Positions 5,914 through 15,094 of a DNA stretch of 32,000 nucleotides are shown in pieces (position 1 is the stretch's first letter; each line of letters starts with the position of its first letter). The notes under the pieces were generated by a model that saw only the letters and a program-made list of their open reading frames with translations, had not been told where the DNA came from and ran no database searches. This DNA comes from Candidatus Saccharimonadota bacterium (GTDB lineage Bacteria; Patescibacteriota; Saccharimonadia; Saccharimonadales; Saccharimonadaceae). The stretch is taken from contig CP064995.1 in the NCBI GenBank assembly GCA_016700015.1, forward strand, positions 450,001 through 482,000. The letters run 5' to 3'. A program made the translations under genes and the position numbers.

Positions 5914-7265
5914 TGGCCGAGAAGAAGCAAACCCCTGCAGGTAAGATCCCGCCCCAGTCACTCGATGCTGAAATGAGTTTGCTCGGAGCTGTGTTGATTG
6001 ATGAAGAAGTCCTTGCCGATATTAGCGAAGTTGTCACCGCCAAGGATTTTTATGATAAGCGGCATATGACTGTTTACGCTGCAATGATGCGTCTCTATGA
6101 GCACCACAAACCCGTCGACCTACTGACTCTTTCAGAAGAACTAAAGAAGAAAGATGAGCTCGGGGAGGTAGGTGGCAGCGCTTATTTGACCGAACTAACC
6201 AACTACGTCCCTACCGCGGCAAATGCCCGTGCCTATGCCGAACTCGTACAGCAAAAAGCCGTACGGCGTCGCTTGATTCGCGCCAGTGCACAGATTGGTG
6301 AAATGGGCTTCGACGAGGAAACAACCACTCAAGAGCTGCTTGAAAAGGCTGAAGCGGAACTTTTTAGCGTCAGCGACCAATCGCTCAAGCAAGACCTCGT
6401 GAGTATCGAAAGTATTCTGACTGAAAGTTTTGATCGTATCGAGGAATTACACCGCAATAAAGGCGCTTTGCGCGGCATTCGCACTGGGTACCGCGATCTC
6501 GACAACATGACGGCCGGCTTGCAGCGCAGCGACCTCATTATTATCGCCGCCCGCCCTGCGATGGGTAAGACGACGCTCGTCACCAACCTGGCGTATAATG
6601 TCGCTACGATCGCAAAGCTGCCAGTGTTATTCTTTAGCCTCGAGATGAGTAAGGAACAGCTCATCGACCGTATGTTAGCCGATGCCAGCGGTGTCGATAG
6701 TTGGAATATCCGCACTGGCAACCTAAGTGACGAAGATTTTAGCAAGATTAGTGAAGCCATGGGTGAAATGGCTGAAGCGCCGATTTTTATCGATGATACA
6801 CCAGGACTCAGTGTGCTCGAAATGCGCACCAAGGCTCGCCGTGCGGCGCATGATCAACCGCTCGGACTCATTGTGGTTGACTACTTGCAGCTGATGCAGT
6901 CTACCGGTGACTACAAAGGCAACCGTGTGCAAGAGGTGAGCGAAATCAGCCGCGGTCTCAAGCTGATCGCCCGCGAACTGAATGTGCCGCTGATTGCACT
7001 CAGCCAGCTAAGCCGCTTGGTAGAAAGCCGTAACCCACCCATCCCGCAGCTATCAGACCTGCGAGAGTCGGGAAGCATTGAGCAAGATGCCGATCTTGTC
7101 AGCTTTATCTACCGCCCAGGCTACTACGAGCCAGATAACCCTGACATGCAAAACATTACCGATCTTATTATTGCGAAACACCGCAACGGACCCGTCGGCA
7201 AGGTTCAGCTGTACTTCCACCCAGAGCGCCTACGCTTCATGTCGCTCGACAAACGCCGTGAATAG
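5913..7265 (+). CDS. dnaB: Replicative DNA helicase
   Basis: N-terminal PPQSLDAEMSLLGAVL, Walker A ARPAMGKTT, VVDYLQLM, SQLSR and IAKHRNGP motifs. The ATG overlaps the dnaX stop as TAATG. Confidence 0.95.
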   Translation: MAEKKQTPAGKIPPQSLDAEMSLLGAVLIDEEVLADISEVVTAKDFYDKRHMTVYAAMMRLYEHHKPVDLLTLSEELKKKDELGEVGGSAYLTELTNYVPTAANARAYAELVQQKAVRRRLIRASAQIGEMGFDEETTTQELLEKAEAELFSVSDQSLKQDLVSIESILTESFDRIEELHRNKGALRGIRTGYRDLDNMTAGLQRSDLIIIAARPAMGKTTLVTNLAYNVATIAKLPVLFFSLEMSKEQLIDRMLADASGVDSWNIRTGNLSDEDFSKISEAMGEMAEAPIFIDDTPGLSVLEMRTKARRAAHDQPLGLIVVDYLQLMQSTGDYKGNRVQEVSEISRGLKLIARELNVPLIALSQLSRLVESRNPPIPQLSDLRESGSIEQDADLVSFIYRPGYYEPDNPDMQNITDLIIAKHRNGPVGKVQLYFHPERLRFMSLDKRRE

Positions 7266-7295
7266 ATAGCCGTTATGCTATAATACCTATTAGTT

Positions 7296-8759
7296 ATGCT
7301 GAAGCATGTCACTGACTATATGTTATACCGATGGCGGTATCTTATCGGCTATGCCGTGATGGTGGCGGCTATTGGCGCCGTGTTTTACTTGGTCGGCCTG
7401 CATGTGCCTGGCGCCCTACGCCAAGCCGAGCTCGACTCGGCGATAAAGAGCGGTAGCTTGTCTATGGAAACACTCGAACCAAGTATGGTCATTGACTTGC
7501 CATATCATATTCTCCAGCGAGTAATATTTATTCTTTTCGGCGTATCAATCGTGACTATCAAGCTACCATCCATTATCATTGCTACCTTGACAACAATCGG
7601 AATTTTCTTGTTAGTGCGCACCTGGTTTCGTCGCAACGTGGCCATCATCGCAACCATCACCGCGGCAACATCGACTCAGTTCCTATTCTTACTTCAAGAT
7701 GGAACACCTCATATTATGTATAGTTTCGTCACAATATGGTTATTATTTGCCTCCACCTACGTCACACGCAACAAGGCATTCAGCACGCTATGGAAGGTTA
7801 TGACCGGGGTACTCATGGCGACAGCTCTTTATACGCCACTTGGGATCTATCTGGTTATCGCAATCCTCACGACGGCGTTCTTTCATCCACACATACGCTA
7901 TACTATTCTGCGTTTTTCGCGTCCAAGGCTATGGATTGGGATTTTTCTGGCACTCGTTTCACTGACGCCCCTTATCTACGCAGCAATCATCGATCGAAAT
8001 GTCTTGTTCACACTAATCGGTCTGCCGGTAGGTGAAATCCACTTGATGAGGAATCTTACCGAAGTTGTCCTCGACTTGTTTGGTTATACCGCACAATCTA
8101 CAACCTATTTTCTCCGCCCTGCTTATTCACTTGGGCTTTTTCTACTTATACTAGTTGGCGTATATAAACTTATTACGTATAAATATACAGCTCGAAGCTA
8201 TATCGCCCTGATACTAGGTCTCGTCATGGCGCCGCTCGTTCTGCTAAATCCAGAGCGCTTGTATGACCTCTTCCCGCTCGCTTGCCTCATGATCGCGCTC
8301 GGTGTGGCGACGCTCATCACTGATTGGTATAAGCTTTTTCCGCGTAATCCCTATGCCCGTATTGCGGGACTAGTGCCGCTTGGCGTATTGATTGTTGGTA
8401 TCGTCTACTCAGGAGTTATCCGTTTTACGGGTAACTACCTGTATAATGGCGCAATTTTGTCGCACTACAGCACCGATGTACGTCATTTACGTCATGCTCT
8501 AGCCGCAAACCAAGCTTCGCCGACGACGACAAAGCTCGTTGTCGCCAAAGAGGAGGTGGCGTTTTATGCCCTTATGGCTCATTACGACAAGCGTTTTACT
8601 GTGACGCAAATTGGTAATCCTGTTTCTGCGCCAGTCACTATACTCAGTCACAATGCCTACCGCCTCGCTAAGCCAACTACCGAACCGACGCAAATTGTTA
8701 GCAACCGCATGACAGAGAATAGTGATCGGTTCTACATCTATAAAACTGCCTCGAAATAA
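7296..8759 (+). CDS. Polytopic membrane protein, possibly a GT-C-type (ArnT/PMT-like) glycosyltransferase
   Basis: 487-aa ORF with many hydrophobic segments. Overall layout resembles GT39/ArnT-like proteins, but no catalytic motif could be confirmed by eye. Confidence 0.6.
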   Translation: MLKHVTDYMLYRWRYLIGYAVMVAAIGAVFYLVGLHVPGALRQAELDSAIKSGSLSMETLEPSMVIDLPYHILQRVIFILFGVSIVTIKLPSIIIATLTTIGIFLLVRTWFRRNVAIIATITAATSTQFLFLLQDGTPHIMYSFVTIWLLFASTYVTRNKAFSTLWKVMTGVLMATALYTPLGIYLVIAILTTAFFHPHIRYTILRFSRPRLWIGIFLALVSLTPLIYAAIIDRNVLFTLIGLPVGEIHLMRNLTEVVLDLFGYTAQSTTYFLRPAYSLGLFLLILVGVYKLITYKYTARSYIALILGLVMAPLVLLNPERLYDLFPLACLMIALGVATLITDWYKLFPRNPYARIAGLVPLGVLIVGIVYSGVIRFTGNYLYNGAILSHYSTDVRHLRHALAANQASPTTTKLVVAKEEVAFYALMAHYDKRFTVTQIGNPVSAPVTILSHNAYRLAKPTTEPTQIVSNRMTENSDRFYIYKTASK

Positions 8760-8796
8760 GGTATAATACGTCCCAACATATTACGGAGGAAAACCC

Positions 8797-9087
8797 ATGG
8801 CACTGGATCAAATGAAAATGCTAAATGATTTGCGTAAGGCACAAAAAGCACTGGCAAATGAAATTGTCGAAGTTGAAGCTGGCGACGGTGCAGTTGTCGT
8901 GCAAATTACTGGTGAGTTGAAAGTAAAAAGCATCAAAATCGACCCAGCGTATGTCGACCTAGATGATATTCACGAACTCGAGCACTGGCTCGAAATCGCC
9001 ATTCGCGACGGCATGGCAAAAGCCCAAGAAATCGCTGCAGAAAAAATGAAGCCGCTAATGGGCGGCCTGGGCAAACTTGGCCTATAG
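8797..9087 (+). CDS. ybaB: YbaB/EbfC family nucleoid-associated protein
   Basis: 96 aa with (M)KMLNDLRKAQKAL ... VEVEAGDGAVVVQITGELKVKSIKIDP ... LIAIRDGMAKAQE, the typical YbaB pattern. GGAGGA SD and TATAAT at 8762-8767. Confidence 0.85.
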   Translation: MALDQMKMLNDLRKAQKALANEIVEVEAGDGAVVVQITGELKVKSIKIDPAYVDLDDIHELEHWLEIAIRDGMAKAQEIAAEKMKPLMGGLGKLGL

Positions 9088-9107
9088 GGCCAGTGGCACC
9101 TGACTTC

Positions 9108-9722
9108 ATGAGTCAATTACTACCGAAAGCATTATTGTCGGTGATCGACGAACTGGGACGCTTACCTGGTGTCGGCGCACGAACTGCCGAGCGCTATGCG
9201 TATTTTCTATTGCGCAGTGAGCCGCGTACATCTGAACGACTGGCGCAAACGATCGCCGGGCTTCACGCTGGAGTGAGAACGTGCCCGGTAACATTTGCGC
9301 TCATCGACCCAGACCAAGAGGTGTCGCCGCTCTACACAAATGCCGACCGCAATAAGCAGCTGGTGGCAGTAGTAGAAGAACCGCTCGACATTGTTGCACT
9401 TGAGAGAACCGGTCAATACAAAGGAACCTACCATGTTCTCGGGGGGGCGATTAGCCCAATTGACGGTGTTGGCCCCGAACAACTGCATGTCGCCGAGTTA
9501 GTTGCTCGACTAAAAGCCGATAATGTAGAAGAGGTGATTATTGCCACAAATGCCAGCGTCGAGGGTGAGTCGACCGCACTCTATATTCAGCGTCAAATAA
9601 AAGAAGCTAACATCGATACCAAACTCTCGCGCCTAGCCCGTGGGATCCCGGTAGGTGTTGACCTTGAATACGCCGACCAGATTACGCTTGGTCACGCGCT
9701 TGAAGGAAGACGGACATTATAA
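9108..9722 (+). CDS. recR: Recombination protein RecR (zinc-finger cysteines absent)
   Basis: LPGVGARTAERYAYFLL helix-hairpin-helix, Toprim region VVEEPLDIVALERTGQYKGTYHVLGG, IIATNASVEGESTALYI and C-terminal ARGIPVGVDLEYAD. ATG 9108 is preferred over the track's GTG 9093. Confidence 0.85.
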   Translation: MSQLLPKALLSVIDELGRLPGVGARTAERYAYFLLRSEPRTSERLAQTIAGLHAGVRTCPVTFALIDPDQEVSPLYTNADRNKQLVAVVEEPLDIVALERTGQYKGTYHVLGGAISPIDGVGPEQLHVAELVARLKADNVEEVIIATNASVEGESTALYIQRQIKEANIDTKLSRLARGIPVGVDLEYADQITLGHALEGRRTL

Positions 9723-9723
9723 G

Positions 9724-9761
9724 AAAAACCCCGCACGTCCTAGCTGGTAGGATATGCGGGG
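9724..9761 (-). terminator. Intrinsic terminator for the minus-strand gene 9772-10089 (may also stop recR transcription)
   Basis: CCCCGCA (9729-9735) pairs with TGCGGGG (9755-9761). On the minus strand the hairpin is followed by TTTTTCTT (plus-strand A-run 9724-9728). Confidence 0.6.
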
Positions 9762-9771
9762 TATGGGAAGG

Positions 9772-10089
9772 CTAGTCAACTCGCGGCGAAGCGGTGCGAG
9801 TCTTATAGGCACCCATCCAGCCTCGAATGTTCTCTTCGGCGAGCTGGAGTAGCAGGTCTCGAATGAAAAACTCATAGTCGCTCGCCGGGTACTCGCGCTC
9901 GTGCCCCTTGTCGGTCGCACGGGCTTGCTCGAGTGCCCACCTGAAAGCCGGGGTGTGTCGTTTCTCATGATTCGTCTCGAGCTCGCCGTATGCCCACGCG
10001 ATAGTGAACCGTGGCGGACGCGAGCTCCATGTCGACACCAATGGTCGACCTGAGCGACCACGCTGTCGCTGTCTTCCAGGACGTGCCAT
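9772..10089 (-). CDS. GC-rich orphan protein (105 aa, Arg-rich N-terminus)
   Basis: Minus-strand AAGGAGGG (10095-10102) lies 5 nt upstream of ATG 10089, and a canonical terminator lies downstream. No family recognised. Confidence 0.6.
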   Translation of the reverse strand: MARPGRQRQRGRSGRPLVSTWSSRPPRFTIAWAYGELETNHEKRHTPAFRWALEQARATDKGHEREYPASDYEFFIRDLLLQLAEENIRGWMGAYKTRTASPRVD

Positions 10090-10118
10090 GTTAGCCCTCC
10101 TTCGACTCGTTCTGCTCT

Positions 10119-11175
10119 ATTCACCTCCATTCCGTTTTGAATCAGGACACCCGATGCTAGACAATACACACCATGAAGAAAGCATCAAAGGTAACGGATG
10201 CCGAGCGAAGCGAGATAGACATCCTCCATACCAAAGGCTATTCTGCACGGGCCATCGCCCGTGCATTGGGGCGCAGTCCCAATACCATTGCGACCGAGCT
10301 GCAACGCAATAGCCTCAAGGATGGGAGATACGTCGCTACCCACGCCAAACACAAAGCCTATGTACGGCGTAAGTATGCTCGCTACCAAGGCAAGAAGATT
10401 CAAGACAATGACGAGCTTCGCTCGTTCATCGTCCTGAAACTCTCTGAGCACTGGAATCCAGACGAGATAGCCGGCTATCTCAGAGCCAACTCAGCGCTTG
10501 GTATCTATGCCAGCAAGACGGCCATCTATGAATGGTTGCGCAGTGCCTGGGGACAACAGTACTGCCCGTTGCTGTACTCGAAGCGTTACCGCAAGAAACC
10601 ACGCAGACAACTCAGGGCGGGTCACGTCATGATTCCCGACCGCACTTCCGTCACAGAGCGACCGCTGGTCGCTCTAGACCGAGCCGAGACCGGTCACTGT
10701 GAATACGACAGCGTCGTGAGCAGCAAGCACCCAGGGAGCGCCTCTGCACTCGCTGTCCTTACCGAACGGTCTTCACGACTGGTACGAGCGAAGCTCGTAC
10801 CTAACCTGAAGCCAGAGCCGTACGCACACACCATCTCGCGACTCGCGAGTGGGCTGGGGGTTCGCAGTATGACGACCGATAACGGCATCGAGAACAGGCG
10901 CCACGCACTCGTCACTAATAAGACGGGCGCGCCCGTCTTCTTTACTGACCCCTATTCCTCTTGGCAAAAAGGCAGTGTCGAGAATGCCAACAAGATGCTG
11001 CGTCGCTACTTCCCGAAGGGCACCGACTTTGCTACAGTGACACAAACGGATGTTGACAATGCGCTAGCACGCATTAACAACAAGCCGAGGAAGATCCTCG
11101 GCTACAAAAGTTCATTACAAGTTGCAAAAGAGAAAGGATTAATTCTAGAGGGAGTGTCCTGATTGGGGGGTGAAT
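10119..11175 (+). mobile_element. IS30-family insertion sequence (boundaries approximate)
   Basis: A single transposase ORF. Imperfect terminal inverted repeats: ATTCACC (10119-10125) plus AATCAGGACAC (10140-10150) match the reverse complement of GTGTCCTGATT (11154-11164) plus GGTGAAT (11169-11175). The transposase stop lies inside the right repeat. Confidence 0.6.
10173..11162 (+). CDS. IS30-family DDE transposase
   Basis: N-terminal HTH (GYSARAIARALGRSPNTIATELQRNS). Catalytic region ...TTDNGIEN ... WQKGSVENANKMLRRYFPKG, with exactly 33 residues between the second D and the E by hand count, the IS30-family DD(33)E spacing. Confidence 0.9.
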   Translation: MKKASKVTDAERSEIDILHTKGYSARAIARALGRSPNTIATELQRNSLKDGRYVATHAKHKAYVRRKYARYQGKKIQDNDELRSFIVLKLSEHWNPDEIAGYLRANSALGIYASKTAIYEWLRSAWGQQYCPLLYSKRYRKKPRRQLRAGHVMIPDRTSVTERPLVALDRAETGHCEYDSVVSSKHPGSASALAVLTERSSRLVRAKLVPNLKPEPYAHTISRLASGLGVRSMTTDNGIENRRHALVTNKTGAPVFFTDPYSSWQKGSVENANKMLRRYFPKGTDFATVTQTDVDNALARINNKPRKILGYKSSLQVAKEKGLILEGVS

Positions 11176-11254
11176 TTAGGTCAAACCTAATCCTTATATT
11201 ATACTCCTATTATGCTATTTAGTCAAGTTGAACAGATGTGGTATACTAATGCTA

Positions 11255-12271
11255 ATGTACGAAAAAGTGCTTTCAACCTTTGCTCAAGCCTCGCATATTA
11301 TTGTCATTCAGGGCGAAAACCCCGACGGTGATAGCCTAGGTAGTTCTCTAGCACTTGAAGAACTGCTCGCCGAGCAAGGTAAAACCATCACATTGTACTG
11401 CGCAACCGATATGCCTAAATACCTACGTTATATACAGGGATGGGATAGAGTTGTCAGCAACTTTGCCTTCGACGCAGATTGTGCAGTTATTGTCGATACT
11501 GCGGCTGAGGCCCTGATCGAAAAAGCACTCGCGACACCTGGCGTACGGCACTTCCTTGAATCGCATCCGGTTATCGTACTCGACCATCATGGCGAGAGTG
11601 ATGAAGACAACAGCATGAATGACCTTTCCTTCAAACATGAGTTTGTCATGTCACCAAGTGCCGCCTCAACTGGTGAGATGATAGCCGAGCTTGCGAGCAT
11701 AGCCGGCTGGGCTGTAACACCGATGGCTGCCGAGCAGCTCTATATCTCTATCGCTTCCGATACCCTCGGCATGACAACACAATCGGCCACGGCGGCAACA
11801 TTTCAGGCCGTGGCGGCCCTCGTTGCTGCGGGCGCAGCTCCCTCTGAGATCGAGTTACGCCGCCGTGAGTATATGAAAAAACCTGCCGATATATTGGCGT
11901 ATAAGGCGCAGTTGATTGAGCGGATTGAGTACCATTTAGATGGCAAATTGGCGACAGTGCACATCCCCTGGGAAGATATAGCTGAATATAGTGATCGCTA
12001 TAATCCGAGCGTACTGGTGCTTGATGAGATGCGTCTTGTTGATGGTGTCGAAGTTGCCTGCGCTATTAAAACCTACCCAGACGGCAAGCTGACAGGGAAG
12101 TTGCGGTGCAATACACCAGTTGCGAGCCAAATTGCTGGTTACTTTGGTGGTGGTGGCCATAGCTATGCAGCCGGCTACAAAATCCATGAAGACTACGACA
12201 AAAGCATGCGAGAACTACTTGATGCAACCGATAAAGCACTAAAGGAATACCATGGCTCTCAAGCTTCATAA
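11255..12271 (+). CDS. nrnA: DHH/DHHA1 phosphoesterase (NrnA-like oligoribonuclease / pAp phosphatase)
   Basis: NPDGDSLGS, VLDHH and GGGHSYAAG motifs. The start is set at ATG 11255, 7 nt after TGgTATACT (11242-11247). The track start 11228 and ATG 11249 are alternatives. Confidence 0.8.
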   Translation: MYEKVLSTFAQASHIIVIQGENPDGDSLGSSLALEELLAEQGKTITLYCATDMPKYLRYIQGWDRVVSNFAFDADCAVIVDTAAEALIEKALATPGVRHFLESHPVIVLDHHGESDEDNSMNDLSFKHEFVMSPSAASTGEMIAELASIAGWAVTPMAAEQLYISIASDTLGMTTQSATAATFQAVAALVAAGAAPSEIELRRREYMKKPADILAYKAQLIERIEYHLDGKLATVHIPWEDIAEYSDRYNPSVLVLDEMRLVDGVEVACAIKTYPDGKLTGKLRCNTPVASQIAGYFGGGGHSYAAGYKIHEDYDKSMRELLDATDKALKEYHGSQAS

Positions 12272-13913
12272 CACGCTCACCGGTCATACTGATGACTTCG
12301 TGCCATTATCCGAGAATAAAGTAACGCTCTATACCTGCGGCCCTACCGTCTATGACCTTCCGCATGTCGGCAACTGGACATCATTCGTTTACTGGGATAT
12401 TCTCGTTCGTACACTACTAGCCGAGGGCTACACGGTCGAGCGCGTCATGAACATTACCGATGTTGGCCACCTTGTGAGTGATGCGGATGACGGCGAAGAC
12501 AAGCTTGAAAAGGGCGCACGTCGGGAAGGCAAAACCGCCTGGGAAATTGCAGAATTTTATGCCGAAGATTTCATGAATGGTATGGAGCAGCTGGGCATGG
12601 TCATGCCCGAACACCTCGTCAAAGCGACCGATTTCATCCCGCAACAACTCGACCTCGTACGCGTACTGAAAGAAAAAGGCTATACATACCAGACTACCGA
12701 CGGCATCTACTTTGATACTAGCAAGTTTCCAACCTATGCCGACTTCGCTCGACTCGACCTTGAGGCCCAAAAAGCGGGCGCTCGCGTGGAAGTGAACAAT
12801 GAAAAACGCCAACCCTGGGACTTTGCGCTATGGAAATTTACACCAGCGGGTGAAAAACGAGATATGCAGTGGCAAACACCCGATGACTTGTTGGAGTTGC
12901 CGCCATATGTGCCAACATCCGGCCATGAGCCGCATACTATCCAGGCAAATGGGATCGAGCGGGTGGTGCGAGAATCCGAGCATCAAGAAGAAATTGCTCA
13001 GAAGCAATTTTTCGCAGATGCTGAATCACAGCGACAGGACCCGCGAACCAGCGCAGCTACGTGGCAAGCCACAGGCGAAGCCGATGACGCAAGCGGGGAA
13101 CATAGCAATAAAGTAATGGGCTTCCCGGGCTGGCACCTTGAGTGCTCGGCGATGGCGATGAACATTTTGGGGTCAACCATCGACATTCATACCGGTGGCA
13201 TCGACCATATACCAGTCCACCACACCAACGAAATTGCCCAGAGCGAAGCGGCCAGTGGGCAAAAATTCGCCAACTACTGGCTCCATAACAACCATCTCAA
13301 GATCGATGGTGGTAAGGTAAGCAAAAGCCTTGGCAATGGCTACACGCTTCATGATCTAGCCGACCGCGGCTTTGATGCCATGGATCTGCGCATGTTCATA
13401 CTGCAAAGCCAATTTACCAACGAAGGTAACTTCACGTTCGATAACCTAGCGGCTGCAAAAAACCGGCTGAGCAATTGGCGTAGCTACGCGGCGCTGCGAC
13501 ACCAAACCCACGACAGACTCGATGACGACACAACGAAACGCAGTGACGACGGTACGGTTTCGCTGGTCGCTGGGGGCGATGCCCTGCGCGAAGCACTTGC
13601 GAATAACCTCAATACGCCAGAGGCACTGAAGATTATTGATGCCTCATTTGCTCGCCTCGACACTATCCCACTGGAGCGGATACACCAGCATGGGCTGATT
13701 AGTTTTATCGAGGCTATCGACGAACTACTCGGTCTTCAGCTCGCCGCTCATTCACCTGATATCGATGACAAAACTAAACGGCTTATATTGGAGCGCCGAC
13801 ATGCCCGAGATAACCATGATTGGCAAACGTCAGATCGACTACGTGATGAGTTACTAAAGGAAGGTATCGCTATACGCGACACGCCATACGACACTATTTG
13901 GCTCTACTCCTAG
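12252..13913 (+). CDS. cysS: Cysteine--tRNA ligase carrying a large insertion
   Basis: TCGPTVYDLPHVGN (HIGH-type), GFPGWHLECSAM and KVSKS (KMSKS-type). At 553 aa it is longer than usual because of an insert at about aa 211-288. Confidence 0.9.
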   Translation: MALKLHNTLTGHTDDFVPLSENKVTLYTCGPTVYDLPHVGNWTSFVYWDILVRTLLAEGYTVERVMNITDVGHLVSDADDGEDKLEKGARREGKTAWEIAEFYAEDFMNGMEQLGMVMPEHLVKATDFIPQQLDLVRVLKEKGYTYQTTDGIYFDTSKFPTYADFARLDLEAQKAGARVEVNNEKRQPWDFALWKFTPAGEKRDMQWQTPDDLLELPPYVPTSGHEPHTIQANGIERVVRESEHQEEIAQKQFFADAESQRQDPRTSAATWQATGEADDASGEHSNKVMGFPGWHLECSAMAMNILGSTIDIHTGGIDHIPVHHTNEIAQSEAASGQKFANYWLHNNHLKIDGGKVSKSLGNGYTLHDLADRGFDAMDLRMFILQSQFTNEGNFTFDNLAAAKNRLSNWRSYAALRHQTHDRLDDDTTKRSDDGTVSLVAGGDALREALANNLNTPEALKIIDASFARLDTIPLERIHQHGLISFIEAIDELLGLQLAAHSPDIDDKTKRLILERRHARDNHDWQTSDRLRDELLKEGIAIRDTPYDTIWLYS

Positions 13914-15046
13914 GCCTCTTCGCCCGAAAGTTTTTTAACAAGTTTAGCCAAAGGTTTTTCGTTTTCTTTGCGCTCTTCGTGGTTATTTGCTAGATACTCT
14001 TCCACCAATACTTTTAGGCAGCCGGCGATGGGAATACTGATGATTCCACCGGCAATACCAAACACGTATAGCCCTATTGTAACCGCTACTAGTACTGCAA
14101 GAGGGGAGAGTTCAATGCGACGAGCCTGAATAGTGGGTGAGATGAAATTGTTCTCGACTTGCTGATAAATCATGAAATACACTGCGAAAATAATTCCTGC
14201 CGGCACACTATTGAGAAGTAGTAGCAGCGAAACTATCGCACCGGCGATTGTTGCGCCGAACATCGGGATAAGCGCGAGCGTGAACGTGATAGCAATAGTC
14301 GGTAATGCAAGGTTAGCCGGCACTTCTGGAAAGAATAAGCTGAGAATAAATACTGTCGCCCCAGCACACAGCGCATCGATACCAGTGACCGTCAGTTGCC
14401 CGGTGACATAGCCCGATACAACACTATGCATGCGACTTACAAGGTGCTTGTGATACTTCACTTTTCGTTCGTTCCGGTACAGTCCCCATAACTTCTGTAG
14501 CCAAGTTGGCCCCTCAACTAGCATAAGGAAAGTAAGCACGAGTACAAGCAGAGTAGCCGCGAATAATGACATCGCAGAACCAAGCCCAGATATGAAGTTT
14601 CTTCCAAACCCAGCCGCCCAACGCGTGGAGTCGGCCTGGATTGACTTGACGGCTTGATCAACTTGCGGCTGTATATGATATTTATCGATGAGCGCACCGA
14701 GACCATCCCACTGTTCCGACATTGTCTTAACGAGACTAGGAGCCGAATCGATAAATTTGGCAGTTTGCTGCACGATAGGCGGCACAACAAGAAAAACAAC
14801 TGCAGCTAGAAGTGCTACAACAACTGTAAAGGCGATCGCTGTGCTAAGGGTTCGACTACGGTCTGGCAATCGACGCGCCAGCCGACTAACAGGGCCATCA
14901 AGCGCAAGAGCAAGAAAAAGTGCGACACCGAGAATTGTTAGAGCTGTTCTTGCGCTATACAGCGCTAAAATCACGAAGGCAAATCCAATGACTACAAGCC
15001 AAAAACGTACGAACGTCTTTGTATCAATCTCAATGCGTACTTTCAT
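13910..15046 (-). CDS. AI-2E family (PerM/UPF0118) transporter
   Basis: 378-aa polytopic membrane protein with the typical AI-2E layout and C-terminal IPIAG... segment. Minus-strand TATAAT (15054-15059) lies 7 nt upstream of the ATG. Confidence 0.8.
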   Translation of the reverse strand: MKVRIEIDTKTFVRFWLVVIGFAFVILALYSARTALTILGVALFLALALDGPVSRLARRLPDRSRTLSTAIAFTVVVALLAAVVFLVVPPIVQQTAKFIDSAPSLVKTMSEQWDGLGALIDKYHIQPQVDQAVKSIQADSTRWAAGFGRNFISGLGSAMSLFAATLLVLVLTFLMLVEGPTWLQKLWGLYRNERKVKYHKHLVSRMHSVVSGYVTGQLTVTGIDALCAGATVFILSLFFPEVPANLALPTIAITFTLALIPMFGATIAGAIVSLLLLLNSVPAGIIFAVYFMIYQQVENNFISPTIQARRIELSPLAVLVAVTIGLYVFGIAGGIISIPIAGCLKVLVEEYLANNHEERKENEKPLAKLVKKLSGEEA

Positions 15047-15094
15047 GTCGTGTATTATAATCCAAAATCACTTGATGCGATAGATACTCTACGT

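Noticed and set aside
5226-6832. Long antisense ORFs inside dnaX (5226-5657) and dnaB (6329-6832), and other short nested ORFs.
   Set aside because: They lie entirely within confidently identified housekeeping genes and have low-complexity translations and no expression signals.
9717-10169. 150-aa minus-strand ORF overlapping the 105-aa orphan in another frame.
   Set aside because: It reads through the terminator hairpin and into the recR stop region, has no SD, and has weaker third-position bias than the 9772-10089 frame.
12799-13186. ORFs 12799-13116 (+) and 12998-13186 (-) coinciding with the CysRS insertion, considered as a possible embedded gene or intein.
   Set aside because: The CysRS frame is continuous through the region and the insert has no intein or homing-endonuclease motifs. 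The alternative frames have no start signals.
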